A stretch of DNA of 62,254 bases from Candidatus Yanofskybacteria bacterium RIFCSPLOWO2_02_FULL_45_18 (GCA_001795795.1 MGKV01000007.1:14553-76806), one strand, 5' to 3'; shown: positions 46,643-54,928, numbered from the stretch's first letter. Notes: generated from the sequence alone by a model not told the origin. Numbers and translations: made by a program.

Positions 46643-47290
46643 GTGCAAACAAGTTTATATAATCAAAATTGGGAAAAAGTGGGAGAAGTAACTTTGGCGG
46701 AAGATGTTTTTGGCGCAAAAACAAATCAAGATTTGGTTTATCAGGTTGTTACCTCGCAGATGTCTAATCGAAGACAGAATATTGCACACACTAAGACCAG
46801 ATCGGAAACAAGAGGCGGAGGCAAAAAACCTTGGCGCCAAAAAGGCACCGGCAGAGCCAGGCATGGTTCAATCCGTTCGCCGATTTGGAGGGGTGGCGGG
46901 GTTACTTTCGGTCCGTCCAGAGATAAAATTTTTAAAAAGAAAATTAACGAGAAAATGGCGCGAAAAGCCACTGCCGTAGTTTTATCTGAAAAATTGAGGA
47001 GCGATTCTTTGCTGGTTGTTGACAACATAACCCTCAAGGACAACAAAACCAAAGAGATGGCCGAAATTGTGAAGAATATGACTAAAGCGGTTAAGAAAAT
47101 TAAACCCAACGACAGTATCTTGCTGATAACGACCACGCCAGACGAGGGAATTAGGCGGTCTTCTATGAATTTGCCCAGAGTTAATATCGCGGAGGCAAGG
47201 AACATAAATGCCCTTGACTTACTGTCATTCAAATATGCGGTTATTTTGAAAGATGCGGTTGCTGTAATTGCTCAAAACTTAAAACGGTAA
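46643..47290 (+). CDS. rplD: 50S ribosomal protein L4
   Basis: GGGKKPWRQKGTGRARHGS motif. GTG start. Confidence 0.95.
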   Translation: MQTSLYNQNWEKVGEVTLAEDVFGAKTNQDLVYQVVTSQMSNRRQNIAHTKTRSETRGGGKKPWRQKGTGRARHGSIRSPIWRGGGVTFGPSRDKIFKKKINEKMARKATAVVLSEKLRSDSLLVVDNITLKDNKTKEMAEIVKNMTKAVKKIKPNDSILLITTTPDEGIRRSSMNLPRVNIAEARNINALDLLSFKYAVILKDAVAVIAQNLKR

Positions 47291-47296
47291 CAGACG

Positions 47297-47704
47297 TTGA
47301 TGATTAAATTATTTGGCAAAAAAAGAAAAGAAGATAAAACGACAAAGGCGGACAAAGATTTAACTATGCCCGAAACAGTGGCAGAAAAGCGGCCGGTTTT
47401 GGTGATTGACAGCTCCAAGGGCTCTCGGGCTCTCGGGGTCATAAAAGGGATTTATCTTAGCGAAAAGGCCACATTGCTTTCCGGCTATAATCAATATATT
47501 TTCAAAACTTTTGCGAATACCAATAAAAGCGAAGCAGGCAAAATGATAGAAAAACTTTTTAATGTAAAGGTAAAAGCGGTTAAAATATTAAACATGCCGC
47601 AAAAAAGAAAAGATGTCGGAAAACACTCCGGCTTCCGTGCTGGTTTTAAAAAGGCCGTGGTTGTTCTTGAAAAGGGGTATACGATAGAACAAGCCAAACC
47701 GTAA
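47297..47704 (+). CDS. rplW: 50S ribosomal protein L23 (with Lys-rich N-terminal extension)
   Basis: Position. YIFKT....K.E....E.LF.VKV..V pattern in the C-terminal 90 aa. Confidence 0.9.
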   Translation: MMIKLFGKKRKEDKTTKADKDLTMPETVAEKRPVLVIDSSKGSRALGVIKGIYLSEKATLLSGYNQYIFKTFANTNKSEAGKMIEKLFNVKVKAVKILNMPQKRKDVGKHSGFRAGFKKAVVVLEKGYTIEQAKP

Positions 47705-47733
47705 ACAATTTTCAATTTCCATGTATCAATTTT

Positions 47734-47765
47734 CATTGAATTTTCAATGTTACATTGACTCATTG
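47734..47765 (+). repeat. CAATG-hairpin spacer element, copy 3
   Basis: CATTGAATTTTCAATGTTACATTGACTCATTG. Confidence 0.75.
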
Positions 47766-47858
47766 GAAATTGTCCCGGTATCTACTGGTTATAATCAGAA
47801 GAAATCGAGGACTCTCGATAACGAAGTTACCGGAGTAAATTGATAACTGGAAATTTGT

Positions 47859-48683
47859 ATGAAGCAATATAATCCCACAACTCCGTCCAGAAGGCATATG
47901 CAAGGATATGATTTTACCCAACTAAACAAAACGGGTGCTTTCAAGCCGCTTAAAAAGGGCTTCACCCGAGCCGTGGGCAGGAATAATACGGGCAGAATTA
48001 CCAGCTTTCACCGTGGCGGCGGAGTTAAACGCTTATATCGTGGAGTTGATTTTAAACAGGATAAGTTGAACATAGTGGGAAAGGTCATTTCTGTGGAGTA
48101 TGACCCTAACCGTACATCGCGCATTGCACTTTTGGTGTATGTTGACGGAGAAAAGCGTTATATATTGGCTCCGCAGGATCTTAAGGTTGGTGACAAAATA
48201 GTTACGGCAGAAAAAACTGAGATTAAACCGGGGAACCGTATGAAACTTAAGAACATACCCCAAGGAACTCAAGTACACAACGTTGAGTTGTTTCCTGACC
48301 AAGGCGGGAAAATAGTTCGGTCAGCCGGCAGTGCCGCATTAGTTCTTGCCAGCGAGGGGGGTTATGTGCAGTTGGTAATGCCGTCTTCTGAAGTCAGGGT
48401 TATTTCCGGAGAGAGCTTTGCTTCTATTGGCCAGCTTTCAAATGCCGAGCACAATCTTATAAATCTTGGTAAAGCCGGACGTTCAAGATGGCTTGGACGT
48501 CGTCCAAAGGTCAGAGGCACTGCCATGAATCCGGTTGATCATCCGTATGGCGGAGGCGAAGGCAGGCAGGGGCGGGGCACCAGAAGGCCAAAAACCAGAC
48601 ATGGAAAAATAACCGGCGGCAGGAAAACCAGAAATCCCAAAAAAAAATCGAATAAATTTGTTTTAAGGAGAAGGAATAGGTAA
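47859..48683 (+). CDS. rplB: 50S ribosomal protein L2
   Basis: GRNN.GRIT..HRGGG and RG.AMNPVDHP.GGGEG motifs. Confidence 0.98.
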   Translation: MKQYNPTTPSRRHMQGYDFTQLNKTGAFKPLKKGFTRAVGRNNTGRITSFHRGGGVKRLYRGVDFKQDKLNIVGKVISVEYDPNRTSRIALLVYVDGEKRYILAPQDLKVGDKIVTAEKTEIKPGNRMKLKNIPQGTQVHNVELFPDQGGKIVRSAGSAALVLASEGGYVQLVMPSSEVRVISGESFASIGQLSNAEHNLINLGKAGRSRWLGRRPKVRGTAMNPVDHPYGGGEGRQGRGTRRPKTRHGKITGGRKTRNPKKKSNKFVLRRRNR

Positions 48684-48684
48684 C

Positions 48685-48770
48685 AAGAATAATAAGAATA
48701 AGCAGAATTATTAGAATTATAAGGTGCGGCCTGATAATTCCAATAATTCTAAATTCTGATAATTCTAAGT
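48685..48770 (+). repeat. AGAATAATAAGAAT spacer element, copy a
   Basis: AAGAATAATAAGAATAAGCAGAATTATTAGAATTATAAGG... with an internal inverted repeat. Ends 1 nt before the rpsS ATG. Confidence 0.75.
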
Positions 48771-48771
48771 C

Positions 48772-49125
48772 ATGAGCAGAAGTTTAAAAAAAGGTCCATA
48801 TGTAGACCAGCGATTGCTTAAGAAAATAGGCAAGCTTAGGGCTGGAGATAAGGCCGTTGTCAAAACTTGGGCCAGAGCGTCTACCATTGTTCCGGAAATG
48901 ATCGGCTTTACTTTCGGGGTGCATAATGGAAGAATTCACATACCTGTTCTGGTTACCGAAGATATGGTAGGACACAAGCTTGGCGAATTTTCTTTGACAA
49001 AGAAGTTTACCCGGCATGGGGGTCGTATGCAACGTGAGATGGAAGCGGCTCAAAAGCAAAAAGAGATAGAAGCCGCCCAAACCGTAAAAGTGGCAACGAC
49101 GACGCCGGAAGCAGAGAAGAAATAG
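48772..49125 (+). CDS. rpsS: 30S ribosomal protein S19 (C-terminal extension)
   Basis: [11 protein letters not shown] and GHKLGEF motifs. Confidence 0.96.
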   Translation: MSRSLKKGPYVDQRLLKKIGKLRAGDKAVVKTWARASTIVPEMIGFTFGVHNGRIHIPVLVTEDMVGHKLGEFSLTKKFTRHGGRMQREMEAAQKQKEIEAAQTVKVATTTPEAEKK

Positions 49126-49190
49126 CCATTAGCCATTAGAAATTGGGCAGAAAATCTCTAAATCCTAATAGCTAAGTCTTAATCACTAAA

Positions 49191-49715
49191 ATGACTGAAG
49201 TATCCGCACAACTTAATAGAATACGATTGGCACCTCGAAAAGTTCGAGCGGTTGCCAATTTGTTAAAAGGCAAAAGTGCCGACAACGCCCTGCGCCAACT
49301 TGAATATCTCATAAAGAAACCGGCCTTGCCTCTTGCCAAACTGATAAAGTCGGCCATTGCTAATGCTGAAAACAACTTCAATATGGTTAGGGAAAATCTT
49401 TATATAAAAAGTTTTATTGTTAACGAAGGGGTGAAATTAAAGCGTTTTAAGCCTAAAGGTTTTGGGCGGGCCGCCATGATCCAGAAGAAAACCAGCTTGG
49501 TAACCTTGGTTTTAGATGAAAAAACCCCCGGTCTCAAAAGGGATAAAAAAGTTTTCCAAGAAGACAAGAAAATTTTAACCAAAGAAGAAGAGGTCCCGAA
49601 AGGTGTTGGGGAGAAAAAACCGGAGATTAAAAGAAAAATCGGACAGAGAAGTTTGATACCGGGGCTAGGGGGACTGAAGAAATTATTTAACAGAAAGACC
49701 ACGGGGGGCTTATAG
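49191..49715 (+). CDS. rplV: 50S ribosomal protein L22 (long Lys-rich C-terminal extension)
   Basis: R.APRKVR.VA.L..GK motif and its position. Confidence 0.93.
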   Translation: MTEVSAQLNRIRLAPRKVRAVANLLKGKSADNALRQLEYLIKKPALPLAKLIKSAIANAENNFNMVRENLYIKSFIVNEGVKLKRFKPKGFGRAAMIQKKTSLVTLVLDEKTPGLKRDKKVFQEDKKILTKEEEVPKGVGEKKPEIKRKIGQRSLIPGLGGLKKLFNRKTTGGL

Positions 49716-49845
49716 GATAATGTTTAATCGTTCAATCCGTTCAATCACTCACATCCGTTCTCTCGTTTTGAACAAATAAAATGATTGAACATCTTGAACA
49801 AGCTAAACCAAGCCTGACTTGGTGAAGCGATAGAACAAAATTGTT

Positions 49846-50481
49846 ATGGGACAAAAAATTTCACCAATTTCATTAAGAATGGGAATTAACAAGGACTGGG
49901 TATCCCATTGGTTTAGCAGTCGTAAATATATTCCCTTTTTGAAAGACGAGGTTAAAATAAGAGATTTTTTCAGGGGGAAGTTGAAAAATATGGGGGTAGA
50001 TCGGATTGAAACAGAACGCGGCACGGACACATTTAATATCACAATTTTTACAGCTCGTCCGGGTTTAATAATCGGCGGAGGAGGTAGCGGCGTTGAAGAA
50101 TTGAAAAAAGCTATCTGCAAGTTGCTAAAAAAGAAAGTCGCGATCAGAATTGAGGTGCATGAGATTAAAACTCCCGAAGCTTCGGCGGCTGTAATGGCCG
50201 AGTCGATTGTTGATCAGATTGAAAAGCGACTTCCCTTTAGAAGGGTGATGAAACAGACGATAAGTAAAATAATGTCCAGCCGGGAAGTTAAGGGTGCCAA
50301 AATAAAAATAGGCGGACGGCTTGACGGGGCTGAAATAGCCAGAGTTGAACATTTGGAGGAAGGCAGTCTGCCATTGCAAACCTTAAGGGCTGATATAGAT
50401 TTTGCCAAAGCTACGGCGCATACAACCTATGGCACCGTAGGGGTGAAAGTGTGGATTTATAAGGGGGAAGTCTTCGAATAA
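49846..50481 (+). CDS. rpsC: 30S ribosomal protein S3
   Basis: MGQKISPISLR, a KH domain and GRL.GAEIAR.E motif. Confidence 0.97.
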   Translation: MGQKISPISLRMGINKDWVSHWFSSRKYIPFLKDEVKIRDFFRGKLKNMGVDRIETERGTDTFNITIFTARPGLIIGGGGSGVEELKKAICKLLKKKVAIRIEVHEIKTPEASAAVMAESIVDQIEKRLPFRRVMKQTISKIMSSREVKGAKIKIGGRLDGAEIARVEHLEEGSLPLQTLRADIDFAKATAHTTYGTVGVKVWIYKGEVFE

Positions 50482-50520
50482 TCTTGCCGCATTTGACATG
50501 TGGCATTTGACCAAGTGTGT

Positions 50521-50548
50521 CAATTGTCAATTGTCAATTGTCAATTGT
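50521..50548 (+). repeat. (CAATTGT)x4 heptamer array, upstream of rplP
   Basis: Four exact tandem units, preceded by CATTTGACATGTGGCATTTGACC at 50490..50512. Confidence 0.95.
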
Positions 50549-50551
50549 TCT

Positions 50552-50959
50552 GTGTTGCAGCCATCGCGAGTAAAACATACTAAAGTTCACGGGGGTAGAT
50601 TGAAAGAAACCACATTGCGCGGGACGACTTTAAGTTTCGGAAGCTTCGGACTTAAAGCGCTGGAAGCTTCTTGGCTAAAAGCCAGTCAGTTGGAATCAGC
50701 TCGTCGAGCCATGACTCGTTTTGTGCAGCGAGGGGGGAAAATCTGGATTAGAGTATTTCCTGACAAGCCTAGAACCGCTAAAAGTTCGGAGGTGGGAATG
50801 GGCGGCGGCCGGGGGGCGCTGTCGCATTGGGTGGTGCCGGTTGAATCAGGTAGGATACTTTTTGAGATAGATGGGTTGCCGGAGGACCAAGCTCGCGAGG
50901 CGCTGCGTTTGGGTGCCCACAAACTGCCCATTAAATGCAGGATAATTAGCCGCAACTAA
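50552..50959 (+). CDS. rplP: 50S ribosomal protein L16
   Basis: A GTG start gives MLQPSRVKHTKVHGGR, matching the uL16 N-terminus. The track N-terminal extension merely reads through the repeat array. Confidence 0.93.
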   Translation: MLQPSRVKHTKVHGGRLKETTLRGTTLSFGSFGLKALEASWLKASQLESARRAMTRFVQRGGKIWIRVFPDKPRTAKSSEVGMGGGRGALSHWVVPVESGRILFEIDGLPEDQAREALRLGAHKLPIKCRIISRN

Positions 50960-51011
50960 CTTGTTCCCGCATCAAGGGACCGATTGGCCCAGCGGCGCGG
51001 GGAGTTGACTT

Positions 51012-51197
51012 ATGAAGAAAAATGAGTTACAAAATAAGGGCCGGAATGAACTATTGTCTTTGTTGGATGAATTAAGGGGCAAGCTTTTACAGCTTGACTT
51101 TGAACGCACAGAGAAGAGGATTAAGGATTCAAGCCAAGTTAAAAAAACAAAACAAGAAATTGCTAGAGCCCTTACGGCTATTAAATCGGCAAAATAA
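51012..51197 (+). CDS. rpmC: 50S ribosomal protein L29
   Basis: 61 aa, helical L..L..EL..LR pattern and its position. Confidence 0.9.
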   Translation: MKKNELQNKGRNELLSLLDELRGKLLQLDFERTEKRIKDSSQVKKTKQEIARALTAIKSAK

Positions 51198-51457
51198 TGA
51201 TTACTGAACACAAAAAAGAAAAAAACGGGCGCATTCTCGACGGCGTTGTCGTATCTGACAAAATGACAAAAACAGTGGTAGTGGAAATTTTGCACTTGAA
51301 ACAACACCCCAAGTATAAGAAATATTTCAAAGTTACCCGACGTTATAAAACGCATGATCCGGAAAGCCGGTACCATGTTGGGGACAAAGTTATAATTCAG
51401 GAAACAAGACCGATATCAAAAGATAAGAGATGGATAGTAGTAAGCAAGGCCGACTAA
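51197..51457 (+). CDS. rpsQ: 30S ribosomal protein S17
   Basis: G.VVSDKM.KT.VV......HP.YKK motif. Confidence 0.95.
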   Translation: MITEHKKEKNGRILDGVVVSDKMTKTVVVEILHLKQHPKYKKYFKVTRRYKTHDPESRYHVGDKVIIQETRPISKDKRWIVVSKAD

Positions 51458-51495
51458 TGTATAACATTTGACATGTGACATTTGACCGAATGAGT

Positions 51496-51529
51496 CAATT
51501 GTCAATTGTCAATTGTCAATTGTCAATTG
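51496..51529 (+). repeat. (CAATTGT)x4 plus CAATTG array, upstream of and into the rplN start
   Basis: Preceded by ACATTTGACATGTGACATTTGACC at 51464..51487. The final TTG (51527..51529) is the inferred start codon. Confidence 0.95.
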
Positions 51530-51892
51530 CTACAGCTTCGTTCCATAGTAAATGTTGCAGACAATAGCGGCGCCAAAAAAGTCGGTGTGTTTAAGGTGTT
51601 GGGCGGTTCAAGGAAAGATTTTGCCGAGATAGGCGACACCGTGGTGGTTTCGGTCAAAGTGGCTGAGCCCAGAAAGCTTGTAAAGAAAAAGGATGTCTTG
51701 CGCGCATTAGTGGTTCGTCAGCGGAAACCCTTCAGGCGCAAAGATGGAAGTTATGTCCGTTTTGACGACAATGCGGTTGTTATTCTTGATGGCGTTGAGC
51801 CAAAAGGCGGCAGGATTTTTGGTCCGATTCCGCGTGAGATAAAAGAAAAAGGGTTTAACACGATTGCATCACTGGCGGAGGAAGTGGTCTGA
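51527..51892 (+). CDS. rplN: 50S ribosomal protein L14
   Basis: A TTG start gives MLQLRSIVNVADNSGAKK, matching the uL14 N-terminus. Confidence 0.93.
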   Translation: MLQLRSIVNVADNSGAKKVGVFKVLGGSRKDFAEIGDTVVVSVKVAEPRKLVKKKDVLRALVVRQRKPFRRKDGSYVRFDDNAVVILDGVEPKGGRIFGPIPREIKEKGFNTIASLAEEVV

Positions 51893-51895
51893 TGA

Positions 51896-51980
51896 AAGAA
51901 TAATAAGAATTAACAGAATTATAAGAGTTAGCAGAAGTTGGCCAGATTACTCGCATTATTCTTATACTTCTGCTTATTCC
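51896..51980 (+). repeat. AGAATAATAAGAAT spacer element, copy b
   Basis: AAGAATAATAAGAATTAACAGAATTATAAGAGTTAGCAG... Ends at the rplX ATG. Confidence 0.75.
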
Positions 51981-52286
51981 ATGAAATTAAAAAAGGGAGA
52001 CAATATAATAATGTTAAGCGGAAAAGACAAAGGTAAAACCGGAACAGTGTCGGCTGTTTTGCCGAATTTAAACAAGATGGTGATTGGCGGACTTAACTTA
52101 ATTAAAAAAAATGTGCGGGCGAGAAAACAAGGACAGAAAAGCCAGATAATTTCCAAAGAGAGACCGGTCAGTATATCCAGTGTAGCTCTGATGTGCAAGT
52201 CATGCGGCAAACCAACACGCGTCGGCTTTAGCATTGCGGAAAAAAGCAAAATCCGAATTTGTAAAAAATGCGGAGCCGAAGTTTGA
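51981..52286 (+). CDS. rplX: 50S ribosomal protein L24 with C-terminal CxxC..CxxC zinc-ribbon tail
   Basis: MKLKKGD.V...GKDKGK.G KOW motif. The tail is CKSCGKPTRVGF....ICKKCG. Confidence 0.92.
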   Translation: MKLKKGDNIIMLSGKDKGKTGTVSAVLPNLNKMVIGGLNLIKKNVRARKQGQKSQIISKERPVSISSVALMCKSCGKPTRVGFSIAEKSKIRICKKCGAEV

Positions 52287-52521
52287 TGAGGCGACGCCCC
52301 TCATTAACCCCGCCTCATTTCTGGATGGCGGTCAGCGGATCAGATTGGTGACGGGGTGGAGCGGAAGTTGGATAACTAAATTCAAAATGCAAAAATTAAA
52401 ATGTCCCGACTTCATCGAGGACTCTCGACGGAATCGGAGCAAAATTAATGTCAGTGACAATTCCGCAAGCGGAATTGTCACTTTCCCGAATTTTTAATTT
52501 TTCATTTTAAATTTTATTTCT

Positions 52522-53064
52522 ATGGCCAGATTGCTTGAAAAATATGTGAAAACCGTAAAACCTGCCCTGCAGAAAGAGTTTGGTTTTAAAAATATAATGC
52601 AGATACCGAGGATTGAAAAGGTTGTCATTAACGTCGGGATTGGAAAAATTATCAAAGACGATAAAGCCGTTGATAAGGTTAGAAAAGATCTGGCCCTTTT
52701 ATCGGGCCAAAAAACCATTGCTCGAAAAGCTAAAAAGTCAATCGCCGGTTTTAAAATAAGAGAGGGCATGGAGGTCGGCTATATGGTTACCTTGCGCGGT
52801 AAGAGGATGTATGATTTTATAGATAGGTTGATTTCAATTGCTTTGCCTCGATCAAAAGATTTTCGGGGAATTGATGCCGGAAATTTTGACGAAAGAGGCA
52901 ATCTCAACATTGGCATCAAGGAGCATAACATTTTTCCGGAGATTAGTTACGAAAGCTTAAAAGATATTTTTAGTTTGCAGATTACGGTTGTAACCAAAGC
53001 CCAGAGTCGTGAACAGGCGATTGCCCTGTTGCGCGGCGTTGGGTTCCCATTACAAAAAAGTTAA
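52522..53064 (+). CDS. rplE: 50S ribosomal protein L5
   Basis: NIMQIPRIEKVVIN.G and RGKRMYDFIDRL motifs. Confidence 0.97.
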   Translation: MARLLEKYVKTVKPALQKEFGFKNIMQIPRIEKVVINVGIGKIIKDDKAVDKVRKDLALLSGQKTIARKAKKSIAGFKIREGMEVGYMVTLRGKRMYDFIDRLISIALPRSKDFRGIDAGNFDERGNLNIGIKEHNIFPEISYESLKDIFSLQITVVTKAQSREQAIALLRGVGFPLQKS

Positions 53065-53181
53065 ATATTAAATATCAAAAATCAAAATGACAGATAAAAA
53101 TTCAAAAATAAATAAAATCAGCTCGTTTGTTTTGAGATTTGATTTTTAATTTTTGAATTTGACTGAGTAAAACGAAGGAAC

Positions 53182-53367
53182 ATGCCTAAAAAATCAACAA
53201 TTGCCAGATCAAACAAAAGGCCCAAATTTTCAAGCCGGATAGTGAACAGGTGTTTTATGTGTGGACGAAAAAAAGGATATTTAAGAAAATTTGGTTTATG
53301 CCGTATAGATTTTAGAGAATTAGCTAGCGCTGGCTTGCTTCCCGGAGTAACAAAATCAAGTTGGTAA
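53182..53367 (+). CDS. rpsN: 30S ribosomal protein S14 (short, type Z-like)
   Basis: 61 aa, MPKKS.IA....[24 protein letters not shown]. The fourth Cys is replaced by Asp. Confidence 0.94.
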   Translation: MPKKSTIARSNKRPKFSSRIVNRCFMCGRKKGYLRKFGLCRIDFRELASAGLLPGVTKSSW

Positions 53368-53404
53368 CATACAACCTTTGACACGTGACCCTTGACAGCA
53401 ATGT

Positions 53405-53438
53405 CAAATGTCAATTGTCAATTGTCAATTGTCAATTG
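53405..53438 (+). repeat. CAAATGT plus (CAATTGT)x3 plus CAATTG array, upstream of and into the rpsH start
   Basis: Preceded by CCTTTGACACGTGACCCTTGACAGCAATGTCAA. The final TTG (53436..53438) is the inferred start codon. Confidence 0.95.
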
Positions 53439-53834
53439 GATCCAATCGCCGACATGTTAATAAGGATAAAAAACGCGCAACTGGTTGCGAAAGACCACGT
53501 CGTTTTTCCGTTTTCTAAAATTAAATTTACCATTGCCACGCTGCTTAAAAATAACGGATATGTTTCCGAAGTTAACAAAAGAAAAAGAAAAGCCAAAAAA
53601 ACAGAGCACGATTTTATTGAGATTGTTTTAAAATATTCAAATGGCTTGCCGAGGTTGCAGGGTTTTAAGTTGATAAGCAAACCCTCCCGCAGAATTTATA
53701 TAAAAGCATCTCGGATAAAACCGGTACGTTCGGGATTCGGTATGGCCATTATCTCAACTTCCAAAGGAATTATGTCGTCCAAGGAAGCATGGAAAGAAAA
53801 GTTGGGAGGAGAGCACATATGCGAGGTGTGGTAA
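53436..53834 (+). CDS. rpsH: 30S ribosomal protein S8
   Basis: A TTG start gives MDPIADMLIRIKNAQ, the canonical uS8 N-terminus. Confidence 0.94.
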   Translation: MDPIADMLIRIKNAQLVAKDHVVFPFSKIKFTIATLLKNNGYVSEVNKRKRKAKKTEHDFIEIVLKYSNGLPRLQGFKLISKPSRRIYIKASRIKPVRSGFGMAIISTSKGIMSSKEAWKEKLGGEHICEVW

Positions 53835-53842
53835 GCAAAGAT

Positions 53843-53914
53843 AGAATAATAAGAATTAGTAGAATTATAAGAATTATCGGGACTTTAATCTAATAATTCC
53901 AATAGTTCATAGTT
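53843..53914 (+). repeat. AGAATAATAAGAAT spacer element, copy c
   Basis: AGAATAATAAGAATTAGTAGAATTATAAGAATTATCGG...TAATTCCAATAGTTC. Ends at the rplF ATG. Confidence 0.75.
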
Positions 53915-54460
53915 ATGAGCAAGATCGGCAAAAAACCAATCACAATTCCGCAGGGCGTCGACATCAAAGTCGATGATTCTTCGGTTTTTGCCAAAGGTCC
54001 CAAAGGCGAGATTAGGCGTAATTTGCCAGATATGCTGACTGTTTCGGTGAGTGATGGTTTGGTAACCATAAGTCCGGTCGTTGGTGCTGGCAAGAGAAGC
54101 TCGGCAATGTGGGGTCTTTACCGGTCTTTGGTGCAGAATATGTTAACCGGCGTGGCGAGCGGATTTGAAAAAACCCTTGAATTTCAGGGCGTGGGCTATA
54201 AGGCTAATATCAAAGGCAAGGGACTTGAACTAAGTCTAGGTTATTCTCATCCGATTTTTTACCAAGCTCCGGAGGGTATAAACTTTAGTGTGGAGAAAAA
54301 CAGCATTACCGTTTCCGGTGTTGATAAGGAGTTGGTCGGACAGGTGGCGGCGGATATCAGGTCCAAGCGTAAGCCCGAACCATACAAGGGCAGCGGTATC
54401 CGTTATCGCGGAGAAATTATAAAGAAAAAAGCCGGTAAGAAAGCGGTAGCGACTTCATAA
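53915..54460 (+). CDS. rplF: 50S ribosomal protein L6
   Basis: SKIGKKPI.IP.GV and GVGYKA motifs. Confidence 0.96.
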   Translation: MSKIGKKPITIPQGVDIKVDDSSVFAKGPKGEIRRNLPDMLTVSVSDGLVTISPVVGAGKRSSAMWGLYRSLVQNMLTGVASGFEKTLEFQGVGYKANIKGKGLELSLGYSHPIFYQAPEGINFSVEKNSITVSGVDKELVGQVAADIRSKRKPEPYKGSGIRYRGEIIKKKAGKKAVATS

Positions 54461-54551
54461 CGGCAAATTACAAATTACAGATTCCAAATTCCAAACAAAT
54501 TCCGATGACTGAAGTTTCAGAATTAAACCATTAGAGTTGAATTTAAAAGTT

Positions 54552-54914
54552 ATGGACATAAAGAAAAAACAATTGAATAAGGTAACGAGGCACAAGCGTG
54601 TGCGCGCTAAAATTTATGGTACACCGGGTCGGCCGCGGGTATCGGTCTTTAAAAGCAACCGGCATTTTTATGCGCAGCTGATTGACGATGTTTCGGGTAA
54701 AACATTGACGGCAATAAGCGATTTAACAATATCCAAAGCAAACAAAAAGGGCCGTAACAAGGTCAATATTGCCGGAGAACTGGGTGAATTATTGGGCAAG
54801 AAAGCGAAAGAGCTTAATATCGGCAATGTTGTTTTTGATAAGGGCAGTTTTAAATATCACGGCCGGGTAAGTATTTTTGCTGACGGATTGCGTAAATCGG
54901 GGATTAACGTATGA
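54552..54914 (+). CDS. rplR: 50S ribosomal protein L18
   Basis: RHKRVRAKI.GT..RPR..VF.S..H.YAQ..DD motif. ATG at 54552. Confidence 0.95.
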   Translation: MDIKKKQLNKVTRHKRVRAKIYGTPGRPRVSVFKSNRHFYAQLIDDVSGKTLTAISDLTISKANKKGRNKVNIAGELGELLGKKAKELNIGNVVFDKGSFKYHGRVSIFADGLRKSGINV

Positions 54915-54928
54915 TCTGATTTAATTGA

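Noticed and set aside
50498-50551. N-terminal extensions in the ORF track for rplP, rplN and rpsH (MWHLTKCVNCQLSIVNC..., MSIVNCQL..., MTLDSNVKCQLSIVNCQL...).
   Set aside because: These residues are just the CAATTGT repeat read in frame. The canonical N-termini of L16, L14 and S8 begin at the downstream GTG/TTG.
52234-52497. 87-aa ORF spanning the rplX 3' end and the rplX-rplE spacer.
   Set aside because: It starts inside rplX in another frame and runs through hairpin and repeat sequence.
50521-53438. CRISPR array (tandem repeats in spacers).
   Set aside because: The repeat units are 7 nt with no spacers, the arrays are about 30 nt long, and no cas genes are present.
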